This document shows positions 23,955 to 36,582 of a stretch of DNA of 64,000 bases, piece after piece. The DNA is from Paraspadella gotoi (taxonomy: Eukaryota > Animalia > Chaetognatha), in assembly GCA_051294375.1 (NCBI GenBank), contig CM119267.1:16591476-16655475 (forward strand), in the 5' to 3' direction. Positions within the stretch are counted from its first letter, which is position 1, and each line of letters opens with the position of its first letter. The notes beneath the pieces were generated by a model that was given only the letters and a program-made list of their open reading frames with translations, was not told the origin of the DNA and made no database searches. The position numbers and the translations under genes are program-made.

Positions 23955-26900
23955 ATAGCTCAAGATGATCCCTTGTGGAGGCGTGGTATTTGATATTTGA
24001 TAGAAAGAAGGACGAAAAGTTAGAGAGAGTAAGAGGAGAGGTAAAAGTGAAAGATGGTGAGTTTAATTGGGAAGATGGGTGAAGCGTAAAAGTGAGTTTC
24101 GGGAAAGGATTCACAAGGATGAGAAAAAGTCTAAGTGCGGGAATGAATCGTCCAACACGGTGAAAATTTCCGAAAAAGCCTCGGTTCGTTTTTTACGTGT
24201 TATTAATACATTAATAACTTATTTTGGTAAGGATCCATTTGTCGGTTTATGACTGATTGAGATGTTAGAAAAGCTAAAGAGAGCGCGAAGCAATACAGCC
24301 AAACCCTAAACAGAATCAACTCCCTGGAACTTTCATATTCGACATTGGATATCATCAGAACATCTTCCCCAAAAAAGTAGATCCAGCTGGGAAAAAAAAG
24401 AAGAAAACCATAAACCTTCATCAAAATAAGCCGGAAAACTTTGTGCTGGGAATCCATTGCTTTCTACGGAAAAAAAATATCGCCCTGGATATGCTTTCTC
24501 TTCATTGGTCCGGGCTTTCGTTTGTTATCAATTATTCGTTTTTATTGACATTACGAGAATATTTTATCTTCATAGCGAGTGGTAATAAAATGAGACATAA
24601 TATCTGTTGGTTCTGGATGTAATCAACAAGTTTTTTTCAATATTTAAAATGTATAGTTTCATTTTGAATCTCTAATATTTGACGGCAATATGACACGATG
24701 GATTATAATTTTTTTTTTAATTGTGGTCAGAAAGTATGTTATGAATACAATATTTGTCTAAGTTAACATACATCAAGTGTGTTACATGCTCCAAACTTCA
24801 CAACTGGATAACTCTGCTCTTTCCCGATCGATCCTTTCCAAAAACCACCACCAAAAAAAAAAACATCAATTTTCGTTTTGAATTTGGAAGGAAATTCTTG
24901 ATCCTCGAATTCAATGAAGAGGAATGAAAATCATTATGAAGTCGGAGAGAGAATTAGAGCGAGTAAGATTCAGAGAATTCCAAATTTGTCTTTAGTCATA
25001 CCACGGTCATTTTTAAAATAACGTATCATTAATTAGATGTTTTTTGTGCAATTTTTCGTCTTCCATCCTTAAAAACAAAATTCTCCTTCAACCAGAAGCT
25101 GAGCACTTATTTTTATGCACTTTTATTCGATGCAACATGTTTGATTTCAGTAACAAACATAAACATTACCAAACAATACGACGAGTCTAAATATTTTAAG
25201 TAGCAATAACAATTCTTTATCGCTTAACAAACGTTTTGTCAACCAATATTCCAGGAGTGGTGCCATTTGATACTCGTGATTCCACGACGTTGGAACCCTA
25301 AACCCAAGGCGCCAAATGTTGAAACCACACGGAATTAATTTCTCGAAACGAAAAGAGTCGAAACGCGGAAGGAAGTCGACGACGACGACGACGACGACGA
25401 CACGACGACGACGACGACGACCGACGACAGAGGCGTAAACCGATGATGTTACTCGTTTCGCCAAATTAAGTCAGATTAATCGCCGGCGTCTTTTTGGTGG
25501 CGTCCACCGCTATTGCGGCGTCGCTGAATTCTTAAGGACTTCGACGGGGAGAGCACGACAGTTCAACGAAAATTGGCAACGCTGGCGTTAAAAAACGCGC
25601 GCATTATGTTGTGATGACTATCCTTTTGCGTCTGCGTGCTAACTAAAATATTCGTACTTATAGTTATACTGATAATACCCAAATTTCCATAATTTTTCTC
25701 AAGGCTATTAACTAGTTAATTCTCTATCAACCCAGAAATAAGGAACTTTTTTATACTCCGCAGTGTAATACTTAGTTCTCATTACAGTAAAGTATGCTAA
25801 ATTTGTTTTGTCCGAAGTTAGTATGAAATCTGTTTTCCTCTTGACGCTCAGAAATGACCCCACGCATCGTTCAAAGCCTCGAGCAATTTAAACTCAAGTG
25901 GGAAAATAAAAATACCTAAGGCAAACTCCGACAACTTAACAATAACATCGGCAGAGACCCAGAGTAAACCACGCATTAGTTTCGATGCGGTGCTCGTTTT
26001 GCCGTCGTCGTAAATCGTGTCGTTTTACTTATGGATTTTTGATTTAAAGTCAAAATCAGACTTTTTTAGAATTGGAAACGATCCAACGCTTTAAGAGATT
26101 TCGTGTTTCCGTGGAAAAAATGAACATTTTTTGGTAACAGCTAATTTTTAGTTAATTTTTGATTGAAGGTTAACATATTGCCGAAACAAAGTCCGTTTTT
26201 TTCATGTCTCGCAAGCATGATCATTGGCGTCGAAGTTAAGAATCAGTTATTAAAGTTTTTTTTTTGTAACCAAGCATTAACATTTCTGCTGATACCTCAC
26301 GAACTCATTCCATCGGAGCCTAAAACTTTGATTCAAGGTCCAAGTTGGTCTAGATTCCAAAAATCCTCATTCATCGACGTTCATCCCATTCTCTTCGGGA
26401 TTTTTTAAATCCGGGCTTTCACATCGGGTTTTTTGACCCAAAACCCGCGATTCTGACACCACTTTTCGCAGAATCCCCAGATTTTATTTCTCCTACTAAA
26501 AAAAGAAAGGATGGAAGGAATAATGGCCAAGGCCGGAAGGGTCCAGACCTCGGGAGCTCGCGAAGAAGACGCTTTTAAGGACGGGAGTCGAGACGAATAG
26601 GCGGCGAGAGCAGGATAAATGGCTGGTTCACGTTGGGACGAAATTGGAAATCTAAAAAGATGAAGCACAAAAGAGTCATGTTAATAGGAGCGAATCGAGG
26701 ATGCATTCGAATCGTATGCGTTAACCAGTCGGTTAAACCACTATCCATGTTCACCGAAGATTAATCTTTTTTAAAAAAATCTATGCAGAAAAAACCACAG
26801 CACAAAATTTCTCCCTTTTTCTCGATTTTTTTTTTGTGGCATAGAAGTCCGGAGAAGAAAAATGTGAACGAAATTGTAAAAAAAAAAAAGAAAATAGTAG

Positions 26901-26983
26901 GGACCTCGGCGATACTCGTCGGGAGAAACCGGTTTAAAAGCCACGAATTACGAAAAACGAGTTTGATGCCACATTTCACTGTT

Positions 26984-27016
<33 letters not shown>

Positions 27017-27164
27017 CTCTCTCTCTCTAGTCTCTTCTCCTCTCTCTCTCCTCTCCTCTCTTCTCTCTCCTCCTCTCTCTTTTGCTCTTTCGATCACCCC
27101 GAAAAATCTAAATGTGAATTTTGAAGGGAGGGGGCGAAGAGTGAGAGGAAGGAGAGAGAGGAGA

Positions 27165-27203
<39 letters not shown>

Positions 27204-27290
27204 TGAGAGAGAGGAGATGCGCAGAACTTTTCATACAATTGAGTCGTATATTTTCTTGTATATGGCAGCTGAAAAAAATCAAAATATTAT
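23955..27290 (+). repeat. Tandem duplication E copy 2
   Basis: Colinear with 20552-23940; contains called bases where copy 1 has N gaps (22231-22240, 23598-23842). Confidence 0.96.
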
Positions 27291-29703
27291 CTTGGAACTC
27301 GAGAATAACGACGACGACGACAACAACGACGAGCGACGACCGACAATATGTACGACCGACGAACGACGACGACGACGCACCAAATGCTACCGAAAGTTTC
27401 GAAGATGAGGAGCGGATTTTTTGATGTGACGATAAATGAAAACTCTAATCACGCGCGTTCTGTGGAGGTGGCCACGACGCCTGACGCTGCGACGCAGACN
27501 NNNNNNNNNNNNNNNNNNNNNNNNCCCGCCGATCCCGACGCGGCAGACGAAAATAACGCAGCGGCCGACAGAAGTTGGGTGGAGGTCGAGGCAGAGGAGG
27601 TTGGGGGGTGGGGGAGCTGTGGCGCGCATCAATGGCGAGAAATATTTATACGTAGGAATCTGGTGTAACAGCGGGTTGTGGCGAAAAGGTTGGACATTGG
27701 TTGGTAGATTGAGTTCCATTTAGGTTCTATTTTTCATTACATCTCATTTTGACATATTTATCGATATTAAAATTATGTTTTTGGTTTGGATTAAATAATT
27801 TTGTTGGCATAGCAATTTCCGAAATTGTTGTTCTTAGATTTTGTTTCTTGTATTATATTTATTGCAATTATTTAATGAATAAAAATTATAAATTAAAAAA
27901 AAAAACACAAAGAAACTTAGAAACAAAGAGTTGAAAAGAATTGTAAAAAATGGTGGAGAATTGAAGGGATGTCGTGGAGAGTGGGAGGCGGTGGTGAAGA
28001 GAGGCAGGGGTTGAGGGGATAAAGAAATCTGGGTGAAGCTTTGGAGCGGCTGCGGGGTAATCTCAAGAAAATTACGCGACTTCACTCATGCGTAAGAGAA
28101 AGAATAAAACGCGAAAACCCATGTGACTATCATCATCAATTCTTTCGTCTCTAGTTCATCCTCTCTCTTCTCTCCATACTCTCTCTTCTCTCTGATCGAT
28201 CTCTTCTCTCGTCTCTCTTCCTTCTCTTCTCTCTAAATCTTATCTTCCTCTTCTTTCTCTCTCTCTTCTTGCTCTCTTCGTACAATGATCCTCTCTCTCT
28301 TTCAAGAAAAAATGCCATTTGCGTATTTATTGCTTTTCTTCTGATTTTTGTCATTTGTTTTTCATGTCGTCATTCCGCGGCGAGCGCCGTTCATTTTCCG
28401 GTAGACTGCGCTCCTGACAAGCGCGTGAAGAGGCCGGAAGCGACGACGACGATGGCGACGACGACGACGACGACGACGACTTCCTCACGTCTATGAATTT
28501 TTTACGTTTTCCAACTTTTTTCTTTTCCTTCGAGTGACGAAGAAATATGAATCGTCATCGCCATTTGCGAGTCGGAAAAAATAAAAATAAAATTATGCAA
28601 AGAAAAACAATTTTTTCGATTTTGTCGAAAACTTCTCTTTCGAGCGACGTAAACAAGTCGAGTATTTTGTAAACAAAAGAAGAACAAAAATAAAATAATG
28701 CGAATAGATACTGAGGCAAAAAGCCGACGGGACCAGGCTCTGTGTGTGGCAGGCATCCAAAAAAGCTCTGATTCCCTCATGGNNNNNNNNNNNNNNNNNN
28801 NNNNNNNNNNNNNNNNNNNNNNNNNNNNNNNNNNNNNNNNNNNNNNNNNNNNNNNNNNNNNNNNNNNNNNNNNNNNNNNNNNNNNNNNNNNNNNNNNNNN
28901 NNNNNNNNNNNNNNNNNNNNNNNNNNNNNNNNNNNNNNNNNNNNNNNNNNNNNNNNNNNNNNNNNNNNNNNNNNNNNNNNNNNNNNNNNNNNNNNNNNNN
29001 NNNNNNNNNNNNNNNNNNNNNNNNNNNNNNNNNNNNNNNNNNNNNNNNNNNNNNNNNNNNNNNNNNNNNNNNNNNNNNNNNNNNNNNNNNNNNNNNNNNN
29101 NNNNNNNNNNNNNNNNNNNNNNNNNNNNNNNNNNNNNNNNNNNNNNNNNNNNNNNNNNNNNNNNNNNNNNNNNNNNNNNNNNNNNNNNNNNNNNNNNNNN
29201 NNNNNNNNNNNNNNNNNNNNNNNNNNNNNNNNNNNNNNNNNNNNNNNNNNNNNNNNNNNNNNNNNNNNNNNNNNNNNNNNNNNNNNNNNNNNNNNNNNNN
29301 NNNNNNNNNNNNNNNNNNNNNNNNNNNNNNNNNNNNNNNNNNNNNNNNNNNNNNNNNNNNNNNNNNNNNNNNNNNNNNNNNNNNNNNNNNNNNNNTCAAC
29401 ACAAGAAGAATTTATTAAGACGAACAAGTATAAATAAATTTAATGAAAACAACAACTAATTTTTTCTTCTTTCATTCGAGAGAGTGAGGAAACTCCAAAG
29501 GAATCAAATGTACTTAAGAATTGTTTTTCTATTACAAAAATAACAGACTTTTAGAATTTCCTATTTTTTTTTTTAAACAGAAAAAATTGTGGACGTCTTT
29601 TATTTTTTGGCGTCAACGCCCACGCCTTTTTTTGACTGGCGCCTTTTTGACGCAGATGCTTTCTTTATGATTGCATTGACGTTCACCAAAAAAAACTTAT
29701 ATA
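27080..29703 (+). repeat. Tandem duplication F copy 1 (about 2.6 kb including gaps)
   Basis: tttgctctttcga...aatgtgaattttgaagggaggg at about 27080 and about 29838; ends at ttgcattgacgttcaccaaaaaaaacttat (about 29700 and about 32230). Confidence 0.95.
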
Positions 29704-29803
29704 NNNNNNNNNNNNNNNNNNNNNNNNNNNNNNNNNNNNNNNNNNNNNNNNNNNNNNNNNNNNNNNNNNNNNNNNNNNNNNNNNNNNNNNNNNNNNNNNN
29801 NNN

Positions 29804-29971
29804 TTCTCTCTCTCGTCTCTCTCTCTCTCTTTCTCTCCTTTTGCTCTTTCGAGAATTTCACTCCGAAAATCTAAAATGTGAATTTTGAAGGGAGGGCGGA
29901 GGTGAGAGAGGAGAGAGAGAGAGAAGAGAGAGAGAAGAGAGAGAGAGAGTAGAGAAGAGGAGAGGAAAAGA

Positions 29972-30006
<35 letters not shown>

Positions 30007-31581
30007 GAGAAGAGAGAGAGATGGCAGAACTTTCATACAATTGGTCGATATTGTTCTGTATACTGGCAGCTGAAAAAAAATCCAAATATTATCCTGGAAC
30101 ATCGAGAATACGACGACGGACGACAACAACGACGCGACGACAAACTATGTACCGACGACGACGACGACGACGACGCCCATCTACTCGAAAGTTTCGAAAT
30201 GAGAGCGGAATTTTTTTATGTGACGGATAAATGGTAAACTCGTAAACCGCGCGTCTGTGGAGGTGGGCCGCGAAGCGGCTGCGCTTGCCCAGACCAGACC
30301 CCGCCGATCGCGACGCGGCAGAGGGCGAAAATAACGCAGCGGCCGACAGAAGTTGGGTGGAGGTCGAGGCAGAGGAGGTTGGGGGTGGGGGGGAGCTGTG
30401 GCGCGCGCTCAATGGCGAGAACATAGCTGAAACTTGAAGGAATCGGCGTGTAAAGGCGGGTTTTTAATGGTGAAATGGTTTGGACAATTTGGTTGGTAGA
30501 TTGAGTCGATTTAGGTTCTATTTTTCAATTACATCCTCTTTTGTGACATCATTTATGAGTTTAAAGAATTATTTTTGTGTGTGGTTTGGTTATTAAAGTA
30601 TTTTTTGCTTGGAATAACGCAATTTCAGAAATTGTTGTTTTAGATTTTGTTCTTGTTTTATATTTATTGCAATTATTATTAATCGAATAATTTTATAAGA
30701 TTTAGAAAAAAAACACAAAAGAAACAAGAGTTAGAAAAAGAATTGTTAAAAAATGTGTGGTGCAATGCTGAAGGGATGTCGTGGAGAGTGGGGGGAGGCG
30801 GTGGTGGAGAAGAGGCAGGGGTTGAGGGGATAAAGAAATCTGGGTGAAGCTTTGGAGCGGCTGCGGGGTAATCTCAAGAAAATTACGCGAATCAACTCAT
30901 GCGAAGAGGAAATAATAAACGCGAAAAACCCATGGCACTCAACATCATCTTTCACTTCTCTCTCATCTCTCTCATCTCCTCGCTCTCTCTCTTCCTCTCA
31001 TCCTCTCTCTCCTAGCTCCTCTTCCTGCGTTCGCTCCCACCGTCTTCCTTTCTCCTCTCTTTCAAGAAAAAATGCCATTTGCCGTTTATTTATTTGCTTT
31101 TCTTCTGATTTTTATGTCCATTTTGTCTTTTCATGTCGTCATTCGCGGCGAGCGCCGTTCATTTCCGGTAGACTGCGCTCCTGACAAGCGCGGGAAGAAG
31201 CCCGGAAGCGACGACGACCGACGACGACGACGACGACGACTTATTCCTCACGTCTATGATATTGTTTTACGTTTTCCCAACTTTTTTTCTTTTCCTTCGA
31301 GTGACGGAAGAAAATATGAATCGTCATCGCATTTCGAGTCGGCAAAAGAATAAAATAAAATTATGAAGAAAAACAATAATTTTTTCGATTTGGTCGAAAA
31401 CTTCTCTTTCGAGCGACGTAAACCAGTTAGAGTATTTTGTAAACAAGAAGGAACAAAAATCAAATAAGCGAATAGATACTGAGGGCAAAAAGCGACGGGA
31501 CCAGGGCTCTGTTGTGGCCAGGCATCCCAAAAAAAGCTCTGATCCCTTCATGGCTCAAGCTTTGGAGAGAGAGAGAGAGAG

Positions 31582-31652
<71 letters not shown>

Positions 31653-31795
31653 ACCAGCCCTGGCAACACAACGGTCGCGAATTATGAACTAGATTATTGA
31701 CAGGCATTGGGATTTCATTAACTTTTCATCAATCAAAGAATAACCAGGGACGGAAAAAAGAGAGAAAAAAGAAGTGAGAGAGAGAGAAGCAGAAG

Positions 31796-31855
<60 letters not shown>

Positions 31856-32231
31856 GAGCATGGATCTAAAAAAATCCCCCAGTGAGTGTGGCGTGAAATA
31901 TTTCGATTGAAAAACAATTCAACTACAAGAAGAATTTCTATTAAGACGAACAAGCTATAAATAAATTACATGAAAACAACAACTCAATTTTTTGTCTTCT
32001 TTCATTCGAGAGAGTGGAGAAACTCCAAAGGAATCAATGTCTTAGGAATTGTTTTTCTATTTTCAAAATACAGACTTTAGAATTTTCCTATTTTTATTTT
32101 ATTAAACAAAAAAATTGTGGACGTCCTTTTATTTTTTGGCGTCAAGCTCCACGCCTTTTTTTGACTGCGCCTTTTTTGGACGCAGCCTGCTTTCTTTATA
32201 TTGCATTGACGTTCACCAAAAAAAACTTATT
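29804..32231 (+). repeat. Tandem duplication F copy 2
   Basis: Colinear with 27080-29703; follows a 100-N gap and spans the gaps 27500-27524 and 28783-29395 of copy 1. Confidence 0.95.
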
Positions 32232-32396
32232 TAAAGAAAAGATAAAAAGAAGGGCGAACAAAGGAAGAAGTAAATAAAACATCCAACCATGAGAGGTGAA
32301 AAAAATTCAATCAAGTATATGTTGGGATTTTAAAAAAATAATAGAAGAAGATAAAGGGCCTCGAGCCTCTCTCCTTCTCCTCTCTCTCTTCTCTCT

Positions 32397-32427
<31 letters not shown>

Positions 32428-32516
32428 TCTTCTCTCTCTCTCTCTCCACTCTGGGTTTGTTTACATCGTTTATACCCAGAAGTTGCTCAACGGTGATTTC
32501 ATCGAGGATGTTTCTT

Positions 32517-32550
<34 letters not shown>

Positions 32551-32925
32551 TTCCTGTCCTCAACGTCAATTAAATAGAAACAGTGTGTCATCGTCAAAAT
32601 TCCACTGCGAAGCTCAAACATTAATGAAAACTAATTTTTTTTAAATACAACCTTTTTTTTCAGAAAAATAAAAAAAAGAGGATTCCCGTCGGGAAATCTG
32701 CCGCCAGTGTTTCCTCTTTAATTTCTGATGTTTTTTTAATCCCGTCCGATTTTCAAATTTTTCCCCCTCTCTCTCTCACTCTCGCTCTCACTCTTGCTTG
32801 GCACTAAAAAGATTTTATATCAATCACTTGGTTCGGGAGATGCTTTTTTTTTTTTATTCTTGCTTTGATCGCGTTTCGTTCTCTCTCTCTCTCGTCTCTC
32901 TCTCTCTACTCTCTTTCCCTCTCCG

Positions 32926-32960
<35 letters not shown>

Positions 32961-33941
32961 ATTCTCTCATCTCTCTCTCTCTCAAGAAAGTTATCGATAA
33001 TTCTGGAAAAATATATTGATTACAATCAACCTCCTTGTTCGCCGAGAGCTCGAAAGAATCGGACAAACAGAGAAAAAAATTATTTTCATTAATAATTAAT
33101 AAAAGTCTGCCGATCGGATGTGTTTGCCTAATGAGATTTTCGAATGAAGAGATAAGAAGAAGAACGATCGGCATCTCTCTCTCTCTCTTCTCTCTCCTCT
33201 CTCTTCTCTCTCGCGTTCTCCTCACTCCTCTCTCTCTCGTCTCTCTCTCTCTCTCTCTCCTTCCTCTACTAGACACAACGATCAATGCCTCATTCTCACC
33301 GCTTCAGTCTAAACGGTCCCAACTCCCCCCCCCCCTCGGCCTCCAACCCAGTCTACTCCGCCACCACGTTACAAACCCCCTCCAGGACGAAGAGATAATC
33401 TAATTTGCAATACAACGAAAACGAGGCGCGATTATTAATTTTACGCCGGGATGCCGCATATCGCCCGAAGCGCCTTGTTAATTTATTGTGGACCATTGGA
33501 GTCCGGGAACCCGATGTTATTAAGAGAAGGTTGTTTTTTAAAAAACTAATAATAAACAAACTAAAATCAAATTCCAGAAGCTAAGGAAGATGGGTAAAGG
33601 GGTTTTTCCATTTTTTCGGTTGGCCCAGCGCTTTCGGTTTTTTTTTATTTACATAACCAACGACATTAAGAGCGAAATAAATGCCTCAGTAAATCAGAAG
33701 ACAGAAAGTATCGATGTTTTGCGACGGCTTTCCTTTCAAGTTTGGAAGAAATCGCGCCTCTTTGTCTATCTCTATCTCTTTCGAATCCGTGTCTCTCTCT
33801 CACTCTCTCTTCCATTTTATGTATCTTGGCAACCGGCGGTGTAGCGACAGAAGGAATGGCGGGGCTCTTTCTTAATGAAGATGCAGAAATTAGAGAGAAA
33901 GAGAAAAAAACCAAACCCTCAATAAGTAAAACGGAACCGGA

Positions 33942-33975
<34 letters not shown>

Positions 33976-33996
33976 GAGAGAGAGAGAGAGAGAGAG

Positions 33997-34033
<37 letters not shown>

Positions 34034-34162
34034 AAAGGAATAAAAAGAATAAAAGGAGAAAAAAAGAACGACGATTCGGTCGAGCGAGTTTAAAAGTACA
34101 GAAAAATGAGAGAACGATGCAGAGAGCAACGTAGTGGAAAATGCAATAGGAATGGGGGGATA

Positions 34163-34246
<84 letters not shown>

Positions 34247-35847
34247 AGATGGAGGCCTCGGAGGGAGAGGCGAGAAAGGGAGCAGAGGTGAAGCGAAATG
34301 GGGAAAAAAAAAAGCGAGATGAGCAAAGATGAAATACAGTACCCCGCGAAGAAATGTCAGTCGGGGCAGAGCAAGAAAGAATAGAAGCGAGAAGAGAGAG
34401 GCGCAGAGAGAAAAAAGAAGATTGCCAAGGGATCGACTCCTACCAAAATTTTATTGTTAAACAGAGAATTTTTGAGGCATGACTGGATGGTGGATTGCCA
34501 GAAACCAGTCCAGAGTGGCGATCGTTGGCATCGCGGAAGCTGGAAAGAGCGCGCGGGAGTTTAAAAGGATGGTGAGATTCACTTTTAATTCACTACTGAG
34601 TTAGCGTACAGTGAATCTTGATTCAATAGAATATTGCGTGCAGAGGGGACTTGATTAATATCCACAACTCTCACATACCAATAAAGCGACGGTTGAAGCG
34701 CCAATATTAGCGCCAATATATTTCCTATTCGATAGAAGTTTCGCAAGGCACACGGCGTGGGGGCCGCCCCCCCCCCTTTGTCCGTCACGACACGGCATTG
34801 CAGAATGATTCAGTCTCTATAAACTGGCACCTAATTCTTCAATCGGGAGCTGTAGACTTCGCTCTCTCCTCTAAGAGCACACAGAAACCCACGGCGCGCG
34901 AAAATGCTAGTGGTCCGGCCTTATAGCCGAGGGGTCGAATCGCTCAATCTAATTTTCCGGTCTTTTGAGCTTCAACTTGGAGAGGGAAAAAGTAGGGAAG
35001 CGCAGGGGTAGGCAAGGGCGAAAAATGATTAAGGGGAAAGGAGAGCAAAGGGTCAAGGGAAATAAAGGAAAGGGTAGAAAAAGAAAAAAAAAGGTAAAGG
35101 AAGCGGAAAACAATCAAGGCCTGAAAAATGGTATTTTTTTAATTGATAATAATACATTCAAAAATAAAAATGGGAAAGGGAAAAAAGAATTAAAACGGGA
35201 AGGGAGTACGGAAAATATAAGACAAAGAAATAGGAAAATGGGAGGAAAAGGAAAGAAGGGGGGTAGAGGCTCGTTATCCCAATCTCGGTGGAGACAAATG
35301 GAGAGAACGACGGAGCTTCGAACAACTCCTAACTGCGAATGAGGCGGAGGTCCGTCCACGTGGCCGCCGCTCAATCTCGCTGGCAAAGAGGATTTATCGA
35401 CTGGGCGCAAGAAAGGGGGAAAAGCTTTGGGGTTTTGGGGCGTGGCCTGGCGGGGACGGGATCGGAATCGTTAGCGAGATAACTGGTTGCGGCCTGCTGA
35501 CGGCGTTTGCGGTCAGGACGTTTTTTTGTTTTGGAAGGGATGGCTTTTGATGGCTTTTTAACGTTACCGCCATTTGTTTCCCAGTCTGTAATTGCAAATT
35601 GCATTTGGTTGAAACGATTGAGGCAGAGACGTCTCATTTTGTAAAAGGAATTAAAACGTTGGGATGTTGTGTCTCTGAAACTGACAGGAGCAAGCGCAAT
35701 TGCAAAGCCGAGCCATTGGCCTTTCTCGTCCTGGCAGATACAGCGTGACGGAACCACACGCCGCGAGGAACCGGGAACCCGCGGGAAAATGTAGATCAAA
35801 CGAGGAAAGAAAAGCGAGAATTTAACGCCTGCGCGCTATTCTTTACA

Positions 35848-35850
<3 letters not shown>

Positions 35851-35903
<53 letters not shown>
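35851..35903. repeat. Perfect (TC)n microsatellite
   Basis: Uninterrupted tctctc run. Confidence 0.95.
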
Positions 35904-35907
<4 letters not shown>

Positions 35908-36233
35908 CCGTTCCCATATATTCCTCCTCCTTCGTCTTATTGTATTTGCTTTTTCGAGAAGATGTTCCTCCGCCATTCTTTTCCTAGGCCGCCGACATCA
36001 AAGGCGTTTAAGATGATTAATTGGTTTTACATACCGCTTCAAAAGGTTGAAAAAGAGGAGAGAGAGAGATAGAGAGAGCGAAGGAATAGAGTAAGAGGAG
36101 AGACAGAGACGAGGAAATATCTTTCGCGGAATTCCACGGTCTTACGAAGTCGCGCCTTCATTCCTTGTCTTAACCATTACTTATAATGGGCTCGTGCATA
36201 TTGTCGACCTGCGACTGACTCATTTCTCCCAAC

Positions 36234-36305
<72 letters not shown>

Positions 36306-36512
36306 CTCTCGTCTCTCTCTCGTCTTCTCTTCCTCTCTCCAATGCTCTCGATTCTTTCCCGTCCCAGGTGCAAATTACCTTAATCCCCCATCTACAGATC
36401 GCATCAACATCAACATCGACCATCAGCGTAAATGGAGGAAATTCTGAGAGAACTAATCCGGCGTTTGTGTTACGAGGTGCGAAGGAGCGAAGGGAGTAAA
36501 GAGAGAGAAGAG

Positions 36513-36582
<70 letters not shown>

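Noticed and set aside
34893-34945. tRNA-like pattern (tagtggt...cggc cttata gccg...gaggg gtcgaat cgctc)
   Set aside because: Only a 4-bp stem with a 6-nt loop, a mismatched T-stem, no variable region and no acceptor-stem pairing. At most a decayed SINE head; tRNAscan-SE would decide.
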